From contig OZ223189.1 in assembly GCA_965140335.1 (NCBI GenBank), positions 1,380,000 to 1,443,999 on the forward strand: a DNA stretch of 64,000 nucleotides, read 5' to 3'. Below are positions 37,073-46,518 of the stretch, piece after piece (the first letter of the stretch is position 1; each line of letters starts with the position of its first letter). The DNA comes from an uncultured Bacteroides sp. GTDB lineage: Bacteria > Bacteroidota > Bacteroidia > Bacteroidales > Bacteroidaceae. The translations under genes and the position numbers were made by a program. The notes beneath the pieces are model-generated. The model did not search any database and was not told where the DNA came from. It was given only the letters and a program-made list of their open reading frames with translations.

Positions 37073-38173
37073 TTACTCTTTTGCCCATAGCTGGAGGGCG
37101 GCCTCTATCGTATCATCCATATTGGAATAAGTATACTTTGCTAGTCTGCCCCCTAATAACAGTTTCGGTTTTTGCGCTGCTAACTCTACGTATTGCTTAA
37201 ATATCCGGGTGTTTTTTTCATCATTAACCGGATAGTATGGTTCTTTCCCCGGTTCAAAATTGTCGGGGTACTCATACGTTATTACGGTATTTGGCTGTTT
37301 CCCGAATTCAAAGTGCTTATGCTCAATGATCCGGGTATAAGGTACTTCTCTTTCTGTGTAGTTGACCACAGCGTTTCCTTGAAAATCCTCTATCGCAAGT
37401 CGCTGATGTTTAAAGCGAAGGCTCCGATATTCTAGATGCCCACAGCAATAGCCAAAATATTCATCGATACATCCGGTAAATAACTGCTTTTCCGCCAGAT
37501 TATCTAATGCTTGGCGATGCTGAAAATAATTTGTATTCAACCGGACTTCAATGCCTTCGAGCAGATGATCTATTAATACATTGTAACCTCCTTTGGGAAT
37601 TCCTTGATAATCGTCATCGAAATAATTATTGTCGTAGGTAAAGCGGAAAGGAATCCGTTTGATGATAAAAGGAGGTAAGCTTGTTGCCGGTCGTCCCCAT
37701 TGTTTTTCCGTATACCCTTTGATCAGGCGTTGATAAATATCCTTGCCGCAAAGCTTTAGTGCCTGTTCTTCCAGGTTTTGAGGTTCACAGATTCCTATAA
37801 ATTCTTTTCTTTGCTCATCGATCTTTGCTTTAGCTTCAGTTGGCGTTTGCACTCCCCATAGCTGATAGAAGGTGTTCATATTAAATGGAAGGTTGTATAG
37901 TGCACCCTTATAAAAAGCAAGTGGTGAATTTGTGTAGCGATTAAATTCTACAAACGAGTTTACATAATCCCAAATCGACTTTTTGTTTGTATGAAAAATA
38001 TGAGCTCCGTATTTGTGGACACGAATGTCATCAACTTCCTCACAAAAGATATTTCCTCCACGATGCTCCCTCTTGTCAACAACCAGACAACGTTTTCCTG
38101 CTTTATGGGCTTCATGGGCAAATACTGAGCCAAATAATCCGGCCCCTACAATCAGATAGTCGTATTCTTTCAT
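37073..38173 (-). CDS. glf: UDP-galactopyranose mutase
   Basis: 'YDYLIVGAGLFGSVFA' FAD loop, then 'HKYGAHIFHT' and 'GGRLAKYTY'. Confidence 0.93.
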   Translation of the reverse strand: MKEYDYLIVGAGLFGSVFAHEAHKAGKRCLVVDKREHRGGNIFCEEVDDIRVHKYGAHIFHTNKKSIWDYVNSFVEFNRYTNSPLAFYKGALYNLPFNMNTFYQLWGVQTPTEAKAKIDEQRKEFIGICEPQNLEEQALKLCGKDIYQRLIKGYTEKQWGRPATSLPPFIIKRIPFRFTYDNNYFDDDYQGIPKGGYNVLIDHLLEGIEVRLNTNYFQHRQALDNLAEKQLFTGCIDEYFGYCCGHLEYRSLRFKHQRLAIEDFQGNAVVNYTEREVPYTRIIEHKHFEFGKQPNTVITYEYPDNFEPGKEPYYPVNDEKNTRIFKQYVELAAQKPKLLLGGRLAKYTYSNMDDTIEAALQLWAKE

Positions 38174-39183
38174 GATTGTTTGGATTGGAAGAATATTCCT
38201 GCTGCAGCCAAGGCCTGCTTTGTGAAATATCCTTGTGATAGCTTTTCTCCTATGATGGCCGCTTTTTCTTTCATTTGTAGATATTGCTGCGGCGTTATGT
38301 CTTGCAACGTTTTATCTATATCAGCTAACGTTTTTACACATAAGCCCGATCCGCTTTCTTTTATGAAAGGGGCCAGAGCTGCTTCTTCCCAGATAATGAC
38401 AGGCAATTGGCATCTTAAGTAGAAAGAGCATTTATGTGGATTATTTATTTTTAAATATTCTCCCCAATCTCCACTGCATTTATCAAGATCATCTCCATCC
38501 CAAACCAGTCCAAAGTCGCCTTCTGCTGTTGCTAAAAGATTATCGGGCGTAAGACAGCCGTGATAGCTAATTCGATTCCATTCTTTTTCTTGCTTTGAAT
38601 CTAATCCTTTGCCGTATAGTTCCATTTGCCAAGAGTTTATAACAGGATCTAGCTTGTAGAGAAATGCATTTCTCCAAAGACCTAATCCTCCTGCATATAC
38701 TATTTTCCATTCTTTATGAGGAGCAGAGTAGATTGCTGGAACAGAGGGGGATAAATAATCAAAGATTTCCAAGCAGTGTAGTCGGGATTTCACATGATGC
38801 TCTTGTAGCCATTTCATCATGCTTTGGTTATGTATAATGATGAAATCGCTTTTGTTTAAGAGTTTGGTTTCTTCTTCCGGGCTTAATTTATGACGGCGGA
38901 ATGCTCCTAAGTCATGTACTAATGTTATCACCTTAGCCCCTTTAAGGTGAGCAAATATACAAGCAGGTGTATAGAATTTCTTCATAGGGTATTGCAAAAA
39001 AAGCACGTCATCTCTTTTTAAACAAAACAAGATATTTGCAATCCCAAGTAACTTGATCCCGAACCGCGTGAACATATCCGATTGATGGCTTTCGGGAACA
39101 AGATTCCGGTATCCGATAGATTCAACAATAGAGTTGACGTCGTTTTTGGCTTTATTGGATATGATCTTAATGTAATAGTTCAT
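38170..39183 (-). CDS. Putative galactofuranosyltransferase (WbbI-like sugar transferase)
   Basis: 'DVLFLQYPMKKFY...KVITLVHDLGAFR' recalls the E. coli WbbI architecture (comparison from memory). 4-nt overlap with glf. Confidence 0.5.
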   Translation of the reverse strand: MNYYIKIISNKAKNDVNSIVESIGYRNLVPESHQSDMFTRFGIKLLGIANILFCLKRDDVLFLQYPMKKFYTPACIFAHLKGAKVITLVHDLGAFRRHKLSPEEETKLLNKSDFIIIHNQSMMKWLQEHHVKSRLHCLEIFDYLSPSVPAIYSAPHKEWKIVYAGGLGLWRNAFLYKLDPVINSWQMELYGKGLDSKQEKEWNRISYHGCLTPDNLLATAEGDFGLVWDGDDLDKCSGDWGEYLKINNPHKCSFYLRCQLPVIIWEEAALAPFIKESGSGLCVKTLADIDKTLQDITPQQYLQMKEKAAIIGEKLSQGYFTKQALAAAGIFFQSKQS

Positions 39184-39190
39184 TGTGGAC

Positions 39191-40042
39191 TTAGTCTTTA
39201 TCTTTTCTTAAACCAGTTTTACGTAGTAACTTAAGCATGGCAATTCTTACAAAGAGAAGTGGGAACCGATATAGATTACCTTCCTTTATTTGCTTCTTTG
39301 AAATTTCAATGTTCAGACCATACTTTTGCAAATTAGTGTTGTGCCATACCATTGCATACTTGATTCGGCTTGTTATTCTTAAGTCGTTATTGACATTGTT
39401 TGAATGTACAATCTCTATCCAATAGGGTTTATTGCGAATATCAATAACATTCTGCATCTTCTTTCTAGCTTCTGCATGACGTATATATATGGTTGTCTTA
39501 AAATCAGAATTAGCTTTTTCTATATAAGTAAGAAAATGATTATGTGGATAAGTCATTTTTAGTAAAAGGTGGAGATGTGGGAAATACTGCAATCCATTTA
39601 CGTAAGTGTATAATCCTGGCAATTTGGTTCGCTCAAATTCTTCTTGTAATGTTTCTATCATTTGGCAATGAATGGCATCGTCATTGTCCAAGTTAGTTGT
39701 GATGACATATTCTTCGTCAGTAAGCAAGGAACTTACTATTTCTTTTACATGCTTTTTCCAGTCGGCCATATGCACTTCATTAAAAAAGCAAGGGAGCATT
39801 TGGGGCATCTGAGTGCAATATCCCATTATTCTTTCTTTGTATATATCAGGTGTGTTTTCGTCAAAGAGGCATAGCCAAGTGAAATCTTGCGTACTTTGTT
39901 GGCAAACAGATGGGAAACAGTAGGTCTCAAACAACCGGAAGCGCTCTTCCAGCCATTCATTTGTACGCGTTGCTGAATGCTTTTTATCTGTATTCCACAA
40001 TCTCAAATTGAATAGCGTGATGAGGAAATGTTTTTTTTTCAT
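39191..40042 (-). CDS. Glycosyltransferase ('putative rhamnosyltransferase'-like family)
   Basis: 'FNLRLW...WLEERFRLFETYCFPSV' N-terminal pattern and a 'NLDNDD' DxD-like motif. Embedded in the glycan operon. Confidence 0.5.
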   Translation of the reverse strand: MKKKHFLITLFNLRLWNTDKKHSATRTNEWLEERFRLFETYCFPSVCQQSTQDFTWLCLFDENTPDIYKERIMGYCTQMPQMLPCFFNEVHMADWKKHVKEIVSSLLTDEEYVITTNLDNDDAIHCQMIETLQEEFERTKLPGLYTYVNGLQYFPHLHLLLKMTYPHNHFLTYIEKANSDFKTTIYIRHAEARKKMQNVIDIRNKPYWIEIVHSNNVNNDLRITSRIKYAMVWHNTNLQKYGLNIEISKKQIKEGNLYRFPLLFVRIAMLKLLRKTGLRKDKD

Positions 40043-40779
40043 GATTTACACTTTATTATGCGTTTTATTTTTCTTCTTCTTTCAAATTGATCTAATGCAT
40101 TCATAACTCGTTCTACGCTTGATTGAATATTCCAATTTTGCAATTTTGCATATTCTTCGACGATCTGTTGTAATAAATCTCGTCGATGGGTTATACGCTT
40201 TAGATTGTCAAGACATTCTTTGGGGCTTAAATTAGGTTTGAAGATGGATCGGTTAGTATCAATTACTGTAAATAAAAATTCGTTTTTGTCATTGATACGG
40301 TAGAGAATATTGTCAAGATTAGGATCACCATGCAGGAATCCTTTTTTATGCATTTCTACAAAGAAAGCGGCTAGATAGCTGACTAGTTTCTTGTCGTAGA
40401 GTGTTTTCTCAACTAAGACAGGATAAAGTGGAGCATCTTTACATGTGGTAGAGATAAAATAACTGTGGCTAAAAAGCTTGTATTTCTTTTCTTCAATATA
40501 AGCAATTGCTTTGGGTGTATTAATTCCTAATGTGAGTAGTTTCTCCGCATAGATATAAGCTCTTTCGGCTTTGCTCTTTCGGAAGAAAGAATAGACTATT
40601 TTTTGAATGATATTAGGCTTTTTGTATTTTTTGATAACCCATTCTCCAAATTGTGTCTCAAAGCTTTTAACCGTATTCCTACCTTTATAGATCGTTTCTC
40701 CCTCCGTTGAAAACATCTTGGGCAGTTGAGCTATAAGGTGGTGGGCTGATTGATATTCTGGCTGGATGACTATCTTCAT
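40039..40779 (-). CDS. Lipopolysaccharide (Kdo/WaaP-type) kinase family protein
   Basis: Kinase catalytic loop 'HGDPNLDNILY' and 'VIDTNR'. 4-nt overlaps with both neighbours. Confidence 0.75.
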   Translation of the reverse strand: MKIVIQPEYQSAHHLIAQLPKMFSTEGETIYKGRNTVKSFETQFGEWVIKKYKKPNIIQKIVYSFFRKSKAERAYIYAEKLLTLGINTPKAIAYIEEKKYKLFSHSYFISTTCKDAPLYPVLVEKTLYDKKLVSYLAAFFVEMHKKGFLHGDPNLDNILYRINDKNEFLFTVIDTNRSIFKPNLSPKECLDNLKRITHRRDLLQQIVEEYAKLQNWNIQSSVERVMNALDQFERRRKIKRIIKCKS

Positions 40780-41813
40780 TTTGGTATATTTACTACTTCT
40801 GCAACTGTACTAATGATATGATGTGGAGTATGGCTCAAGCATACATATTTTTCCCCTTTAAGTAAACACGGCTTATTTCCAAAGATAGAACAAGGACGGC
40901 AAGGAAGCTCTGTTTGTATAGCATTCTCCGTGCTTTGTCCCCATCCCATAAAACCTGCAAAAGGATGGGTGGCTCCCCATACCGAGATAACGGGTATACC
41001 TGTCAGCGAGGCTAGGTGCATATTACCTGAATCCATGGAGATCATGGCGTCGAGGTGACTCATTAGTGCCAATTCTCCACTTAGTTCGAGCTTTCCTGCC
41101 ACGGATTCAATGTTGTCATAAGGCTTTGCCCAATTTTCCAGTAGCTCACGTTCTTCTGTCCCTCCGCCAAAAAGAAAAACTCTCCATTTACTAAAGCGGG
41201 ACAAATTCTGTAGAAGTGCTTTTGTCGTTTCTTCCGGTAATCTCTTGCCTTTATGTGCTGCAAACGGAGCAAATCCGATCCATTGCTTTTCATCCGGTAG
41301 GCCGAGGGCCGGGGCGAACAAACTTGTATCTCCTTTTCCTTCACCATATATTGAACGGAAGGTTGTTTGAACGGGGTAGCCTAATGCCTGAAAGACTTTC
41401 TCGTAGCGGACAAAAGAGGAGGAAAGTTGTTTCATAACTTTATGCTTGCTTCTTATCAATGCTTTTTTCTCTTTTCGTCCTTTATCAATGTAAGCCACAC
41501 GTTTTCCACAAATCTTGAAGAGCAGGCGGATAACGTGGGTGCGTAATACATCGTGTAGGTCGGCTATAGCGTCATAACCTTCTTTTCTTAATTCACCGAA
41601 TAGACGGATGAGTCCCCCAATACCCCGGTAAGCTTTTACATCCACTTCACGGAAATGAAAATTGGAGGGCATTCCCACAAACAGAGGTCCGACGAATGAT
41701 TTGCTCATTAGTGTAATTTCCAGCTGTGGATACTGCTGTGCGAGCGAAGTAAGTACGGGAACAGTCATTGCTACGTCGCCAAGCGCTGATAGACGTAAGA
41801 CTAGCAATTTCAT
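40776..41813 (-). CDS. Glycosyltransferase family 9 (heptosyltransferase-like)
   Basis: 'MKLLVLRLSALGDVAMTVPV' and 'DSGNMHLAS' GT9 motifs. Confidence 0.88.
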   Translation of the reverse strand: MKLLVLRLSALGDVAMTVPVLTSLAQQYPQLEITLMSKSFVGPLFVGMPSNFHFREVDVKAYRGIGGLIRLFGELRKEGYDAIADLHDVLRTHVIRLLFKICGKRVAYIDKGRKEKKALIRSKHKVMKQLSSSFVRYEKVFQALGYPVQTTFRSIYGEGKGDTSLFAPALGLPDEKQWIGFAPFAAHKGKRLPEETTKALLQNLSRFSKWRVFLFGGGTEERELLENWAKPYDNIESVAGKLELSGELALMSHLDAMISMDSGNMHLASLTGIPVISVWGATHPFAGFMGWGQSTENAIQTELPCRPCSIFGNKPCLLKGEKYVCLSHTPHHIISTVAEVVNIPK

Positions 41814-42415
41814 TTTTTTCCGTATAGGACCGGGTTTAAATTGGGGTCGTTGTACATTTTCATTTGTTTGTATACTTTCATATACTTTCGTCCGTTTTCG
41901 ATATCGTTGATGAGCTGTTCAATGGCAGTGGATAAATCTTTTTGCTGTTCTAGGAGCGTATCCAATTTAGTTTGGCATTGCATATGATGCTCCGGTGTGC
42001 TGCCTTGGCGTTCCGTTTCTTGACGCATGTGATAAACCTTCAATGCTAGAATGGAAAGGCGGTCGATAGCCCATGCCGGACTTTCGGTGTTAATCACTGC
42101 TTCAGGCAGGATACTGACTCCTTTATATTTATCAAGGAAGTAGCTGTCTATCAGTTCCACTAAATCAGTGCGATCTTGATTGGACTGGTCTATTCTTCTT
42201 TTCAAAACCAATGCAGAAACCGGATCAATGTTTGGGTCACGGATCAGATCTTCGAAATGCCACTGTACCGTATCAATCCAATTCTTTAGGTAAAGATAGT
42301 ATTCAATACTTTTTACAGGGTAGGGATTAGAAATCGGAGTGTCAACGTTGTCAATCTTGTGATAATCGCTGATGGCTTGTTCAAAGATGTGGTTACTGAG
42401 TTTTGTAAAGTTCAT
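41810..42415 (-). CDS. DUF4254-family protein
   Basis: 201 aa, helical, with no catalytic motif recognised. It is the first gene of the operon and overlaps the GT9 gene by 4 nt, an arrangement I recall as typical for DUF4254 in Bacteroidetes. Confidence 0.6.
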   Translation of the reverse strand: MNFTKLSNHIFEQAISDYHKIDNVDTPISNPYPVKSIEYYLYLKNWIDTVQWHFEDLIRDPNIDPVSALVLKRRIDQSNQDRTDLVELIDSYFLDKYKGVSILPEAVINTESPAWAIDRLSILALKVYHMRQETERQGSTPEHHMQCQTKLDTLLEQQKDLSTAIEQLINDIENGRKYMKVYKQMKMYNDPNLNPVLYGKK

Positions 42416-42453
42416 AAACAGGTTCTTTTATAATGAAAATAATGCTTCTGCAT

Positions 42454-42461
42454 TTAAGTTT
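42454..42461 (-). promoter_or_regulatory. -7 motif (TAGCTTTG) for the DUF4254-led glycolipid operon
   Basis: Exact match, 39 nt upstream of the ATG at 42415. Confidence 0.5.
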
Positions 42462-42532
42462 ACAAAGCTATGGAAACTTTTCAATTCAGCCAATTATTGG
42501 GTGCGAAAAGTGTAAACGTGACAGATTATTTC

Positions 42533-42540
42533 TATCTTTG
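42533..42540 (+). promoter_or_regulatory. -7 motif (TATCTTTG) for msbA
   Basis: Exact match, 31 nt upstream of the ATG at 42571. Confidence 0.5.
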
Positions 42541-42570
42541 CCTCATTATTAATGCGCGTTATATTACTTT

Positions 42571-44409
42571 ATGAAAGAATTCTTCCAACTCCTGAGGCGT
42601 TTTGTTCCGCCTTATAAGAGATACTTAATCGGAGCGTTGTTCTTGAATCTGCTGTCAGCTTTGTTGAACATATTCTCATTTACATTGATTATTCCTATTC
42701 TTCAGATTCTCTTTAAAATGAATTCGGAGGTCTATCACTTTATTCCTTGGGATGCCGCCGGAGTGGGGTTGAAGAGTATTGTGGTGAACAACTTCTACTA
42801 TTATGTCTCAGAAATGATTATTTCGCAAGGTGCCTCTATCGCATTGTTGATTCTCGGTGTTTTTATGGCTGTGATGACACTCTTCAAAACTTTTGCCTAT
42901 TTCGCCTCTTCGGCGGTGATGATTCCTTTGCGTACGGGAGTGGTACGTGATATTCGCGTGCAGGTCTATCGGAAAGTGTTGAAGTTGCCGCTGGGTTTCT
43001 TTTCCGAGTCTAGGAAGGGAGATATTATTGCCCGTATGAGTGGGGATGTTACCGAGGTGGAAACGTCGGTGGCCAGTTCGTTGGATATGCTGATAAAGAA
43101 TCCTATTTTGATTGTGGCTTATTTCGGCACACTGCTTGTCGTGAGCTGGCAATTGACTTTGTTTACATTGCTGGTGCTTCCGGGCATGGGGTGGATAATG
43201 GGGACTGTTGGTAAAAAGCTAAAACGTCAATCGTTGCATGCTCAGGAAAAATGGAGTGATACGATGTCGCAGTTGGAAGAAACACTTGGAGGTTTGCGGG
43301 TTATTAAAGCTTTTATTGCCGAGAGTAAGATGATGCAGCGTTTTGACAAGTGCAGTAACGAGTATCGTGATGCCATCAACCGTGTGGCTACGCGGCAGGC
43401 ATTGGCGCATCCCATGAGTGAATTCTTGGGAACTTGTGTCATTGTAATTGTATTGTGGTTTGGCGGGACGTTGATTCTAAGTAATTCGGCTACAATTGAC
43501 GCGCCTTCTTTTATTTTCTATTTGGTGATACTTTATAGTGTGATCAATCCTTTGAAAGAATTCTCCAAAGCAAGTTACAGTATTCCTAAAGGACTGGCAT
43601 CCATGGAGCGTATCGACAAAATCCTGTTGGCGGAAAATCCGATTAAGGAGATTGCCGAACCAAAGCATCTTACGGGGATGGAGGACAAGATTGAGTTTAA
43701 GGATGTGGTGTTCAGCTATGATGGAACGAGAGAGGTGCTGAAGCATATCAACCTGGTTGTTCCGAAAGGGAAAACCATTGCTTTGGTGGGGCAATCGGGA
43801 TCGGGGAAGTCTACGTTGGTGGATTTGCTGCCGAGATATCATGACATTCAGTCGGGTGAGATTTTGCTTGATGGGGTGAATATAAAAGATACACATATTC
43901 GTGACTTACGTAGTCTGATTGGTAATGTAAATCAGGATGCGATACTTTTTAACGATACTTTTCTCAACAATATCGCTTTTGGTGTGGATGGAGCTACAGT
44001 GGAGCAAGTTGTTGAAGCTGCAAGGATTGCTAATGCACATGATTTTATTATGGAAACAGAAAAAGGGTATGACACGAATATTGGCGATCGTGGTGGTAAA
44101 CTCTCCGGTGGACAGCGGCAGCGTATTAGTATTGCCCGTGCCATTTTGAAGAATCCTCCTATTCTTATTTTGGATGAGGCGACTTCTGCACTTGATACCG
44201 AATCGGAACGCTTGGTGCAAGAAGCTTTGGAACGTTTAATGAAAACGCGTACGACAATAGCTATTGCGCATCGTCTCTCTACTATTAGGAATGCCGATGA
44301 GATCTGTGTGCTTTATGAAGGAGAAATTGTGGAGCGGGGTAAACATGATGAGCTGTTGAAGAAGAATGGCTATTATAAACGCTTGAATGATATGCAGTCG
44401 CTGGCCTAA
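42571..44409 (+). CDS. msbA: Lipid A export ABC transporter (fused permease/ATPase)
   Basis: 6-TM domain, Walker A 'GQSGSGKST', signature 'LSGGQRQR' and Walker B 'ILILDEATS'. Divergent from the glycolipid operon. Confidence 0.85.
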   Translation: MKEFFQLLRRFVPPYKRYLIGALFLNLLSALLNIFSFTLIIPILQILFKMNSEVYHFIPWDAAGVGLKSIVVNNFYYYVSEMIISQGASIALLILGVFMAVMTLFKTFAYFASSAVMIPLRTGVVRDIRVQVYRKVLKLPLGFFSESRKGDIIARMSGDVTEVETSVASSLDMLIKNPILIVAYFGTLLVVSWQLTLFTLLVLPGMGWIMGTVGKKLKRQSLHAQEKWSDTMSQLEETLGGLRVIKAFIAESKMMQRFDKCSNEYRDAINRVATRQALAHPMSEFLGTCVIVIVLWFGGTLILSNSATIDAPSFIFYLVILYSVINPLKEFSKASYSIPKGLASMERIDKILLAENPIKEIAEPKHLTGMEDKIEFKDVVFSYDGTREVLKHINLVVPKGKTIALVGQSGSGKSTLVDLLPRYHDIQSGEILLDGVNIKDTHIRDLRSLIGNVNQDAILFNDTFLNNIAFGVDGATVEQVVEAARIANAHDFIMETEKGYDTNIGDRGGKLSGGQRQRISIARAILKNPPILILDEATSALDTESERLVQEALERLMKTRTTIAIAHRLSTIRNADEICVLYEGEIVERGKHDELLKKNGYYKRLNDMQSLA

Positions 44410-44497
44410 TTGGGATACGTGTGTAAGTCGCGGAACCGTGGGGCAATTATGAAAAGTGGAAATTATAAAGTGCGGAAGCGAATTCTGCCGAACGGGT

Positions 44498-45139
44498 CTA
44501 CTTTCTTCCGAAATCAGCGGGAATCTCTCCCCACTGCTTGGTTTCCCACTTCAGGATGCGGGTGGAGCAGCTGTTCTCGCGTAACCATTTTTCCGCACGC
44601 TCTATCAGTTTGAAAAGAGCTTCTGTCTTAGCTTCACGAGGGAGTTTAGTTTTGCATTTTTTCTGTTTCACCCAATTGATGGCATTGATGCTATCGCTGT
44701 AAATGGGCATATCAAATCCTTTTTGTTTGAGCAAGGCCAATCCGTGGACAATGGCTAGAAACTCCCCGATATTATTGGTTCCGTATATAGGGCCGAAATG
44801 GAAAATTTCTTGTCGGCTGGCAACATGCACTCCGCGGTATTCCATTTTGCCTGGATTTCCGCTGCAAGCAGCATCTACTGCCAGACTATTATCTATTATA
44901 GCCGTAGAAAGCAGAGGAGTGTCTGTCTCTCTGGTTTTTGACGCACTCGTTTTTGGGGTCCCTTTTCCGATGAAAGTATATGGAGAGGAGACAAAGGCTC
45001 TTTCTGCATCTTCGCGCGTTTCAAACGATTTGTATTTTGCGCCTTCATAGCCTTTTGTCTGCAACTGACAGTCGGTCCAGGAGGTGTAAATCCCCGGTGT
45101 CACTCCTTGCCATACCACGTAGAATTTTGCTTTTTTCAT
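44498..45139 (-). CDS. rnhA: Ribonuclease H1 with N-terminal hybrid-binding (caulimovirus-VI-like) domain
   Basis: HBD 'KFYVVWQGVTPGIYTSWTDCQ...FETREDAERAF'. RNase H core 'DAACSGNPG', 'NNIGEFLA' and 'IYSDS'. The ATG at 45139 gives the domain-consistent start. Confidence 0.88.
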   Translation of the reverse strand: MKKAKFYVVWQGVTPGIYTSWTDCQLQTKGYEGAKYKSFETREDAERAFVSSPYTFIGKGTPKTSASKTRETDTPLLSTAIIDNSLAVDAACSGNPGKMEYRGVHVASRQEIFHFGPIYGTNNIGEFLAIVHGLALLKQKGFDMPIYSDSINAINWVKQKKCKTKLPREAKTEALFKLIERAEKWLRENSCSTRILKWETKQWGEIPADFGRK

Positions 45140-45147
45140 CTTACTTG

Positions 45148-45155
45148 CAAAGGTA
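45148..45155 (-). promoter_or_regulatory. -7 motif (TACCTTTG) abutting the rnhA start
   Basis: Exact match, only 9 nt upstream of the ATG at 45139. Confidence 0.4.
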
Positions 45156-45245
45156 GAAATATTTCTTAAACCTGAACAACTTTTTCCCCTGCTTGTTGTG
45201 ATAGAAACCAATCATAAAACATAATATAAAATAAGGAGTTAGTAT

Positions 45246-45848
45246 ATGAAAAGGACATTTGAAGAAGCATTGGAACATCGTCGTACTTACTATGCTATAG
45301 GGAGTGAATCACCTGTGTATGATGAAGAAATTGTGCATGTGATACGTGCTGCGGTTAAGCATGTTCCCTCAGCCTTTAATTCGCAATCCACCAGAATTGT
45401 GTTATTGTTTGCTGAGGAACATCAGAAGTTGTGGAACATCGTGAAGGAGGTACTCCGGAAGCGAATTTCTGAAGAACAGTACCATAAGACTGAAGAGAAG
45501 ATAGACGGCTCATTTGCATCGGGGCATGGCACCGTCCTGTTCTTTGAAGATCAAACAGTAGTAAAAGGATTGCAAGAGAGTTTTCCGGCCTATAGTGATA
45601 ACTTTCCCGTGTGGTCACAACAGACCTCCGGAATGCACCAACTTGCGGTGTGGACTATGCTAGAAGACCTTGGTCTCGGAGCCTCTTTACAACATTACAA
45701 TCCGCTTATTGATGAAGAAATACGATATGCATGGAATTTGCCCGATACTTGGCTGCTGACTGCTGAGATGCCTTTTGGCATACCGACTGCTGAACCGGGG
45801 TTGAAGGAGATGAAAGAACTTACCGAACGTATTAAAGTTTTTCGTTAA
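45246..45848 (+). CDS. Nitroreductase-family protein
   Basis: 'RRTYYAI...HVPSAFNSQSTRIVLL' nitroreductase N-terminal pattern, 200 aa. Confidence 0.8.
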   Translation: MKRTFEEALEHRRTYYAIGSESPVYDEEIVHVIRAAVKHVPSAFNSQSTRIVLLFAEEHQKLWNIVKEVLRKRISEEQYHKTEEKIDGSFASGHGTVLFFEDQTVVKGLQESFPAYSDNFPVWSQQTSGMHQLAVWTMLEDLGLGASLQHYNPLIDEEIRYAWNLPDTWLLTAEMPFGIPTAEPGLKEMKELTERIKVFR

Positions 45849-45883
45849 TTATGCTTACCTTTGCTCGCAAACGCTGAGCATTT

Positions 45884-46411
45884 ATGATACGCATTTTTTT
45901 GATCGGCTACATGGGAGCCGGTAAAACCACACTAGGAAAGGCTTTTGCCCGTGAACTGAATATACCGTTCATCGATTTGGATTGGTATATAGAAGAACGT
46001 TATCATAAAACAATTGGTGAACTCTTCTCAGAGCGGGGAGAAGCTTCTTTTCGTGAATTGGAGAAGTGCATGCTGCACGAAGTGGCGGATTTTGATGACG
46101 TGGTGATTTCTACCGGTGGAGGCACTCCTTGTTTTTTTGATAACATGGAATTTATGAATAGTCGTGGACAGACGATCTTCTTAGATGTACATCCTGACAT
46201 TTTGTATCGGCGACTGCGAGTAGCCAAACAACAACGTCCTGTTTTGCAAGGAAAAAGCAGTGAGGAACTTCATGCATTTATTGTAGAGGCGTTGGGCATG
46301 CGTGAACCTTTCTATTCACAGGCGCATTTTCGTTTTGATGCGGGGCAACTGGAGAGTCGCTGGCAGATTGCTGATTCCGTGCGTTGCTTGCGTGATTTAC
46401 TGAAGATTTAA
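45884..46411 (+). CDS. aroK: Shikimate kinase
   Basis: P-loop 'GYMGAGKTT' and 'ISTGGG'. Confidence 0.92.
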   Translation: MIRIFLIGYMGAGKTTLGKAFARELNIPFIDLDWYIEERYHKTIGELFSERGEASFRELEKCMLHEVADFDDVVISTGGGTPCFFDNMEFMNSRGQTIFLDVHPDILYRRLRVAKQQRPVLQGKSSEELHAFIVEALGMREPFYSQAHFRFDAGQLESRWQIADSVRCLRDLLKI

Positions 46412-46467
46412 TCCTTTGTAAATGTGCATTTTTGATATAAAAGAACGATAAATAAGAGATTATTCCG

Positions 46468-46475
46468 TACTTTTG
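46468..46475 (+). promoter_or_regulatory. -7 motif (TACTTTTG) for speA
   Basis: Exact match, 44 nt upstream of the ATG at 46519. Confidence 0.5.
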
Positions 46476-46518
46476 CCGACTTACAAAAAGTGAATAACAA
46501 ACAGCTGATTAACAGAAA

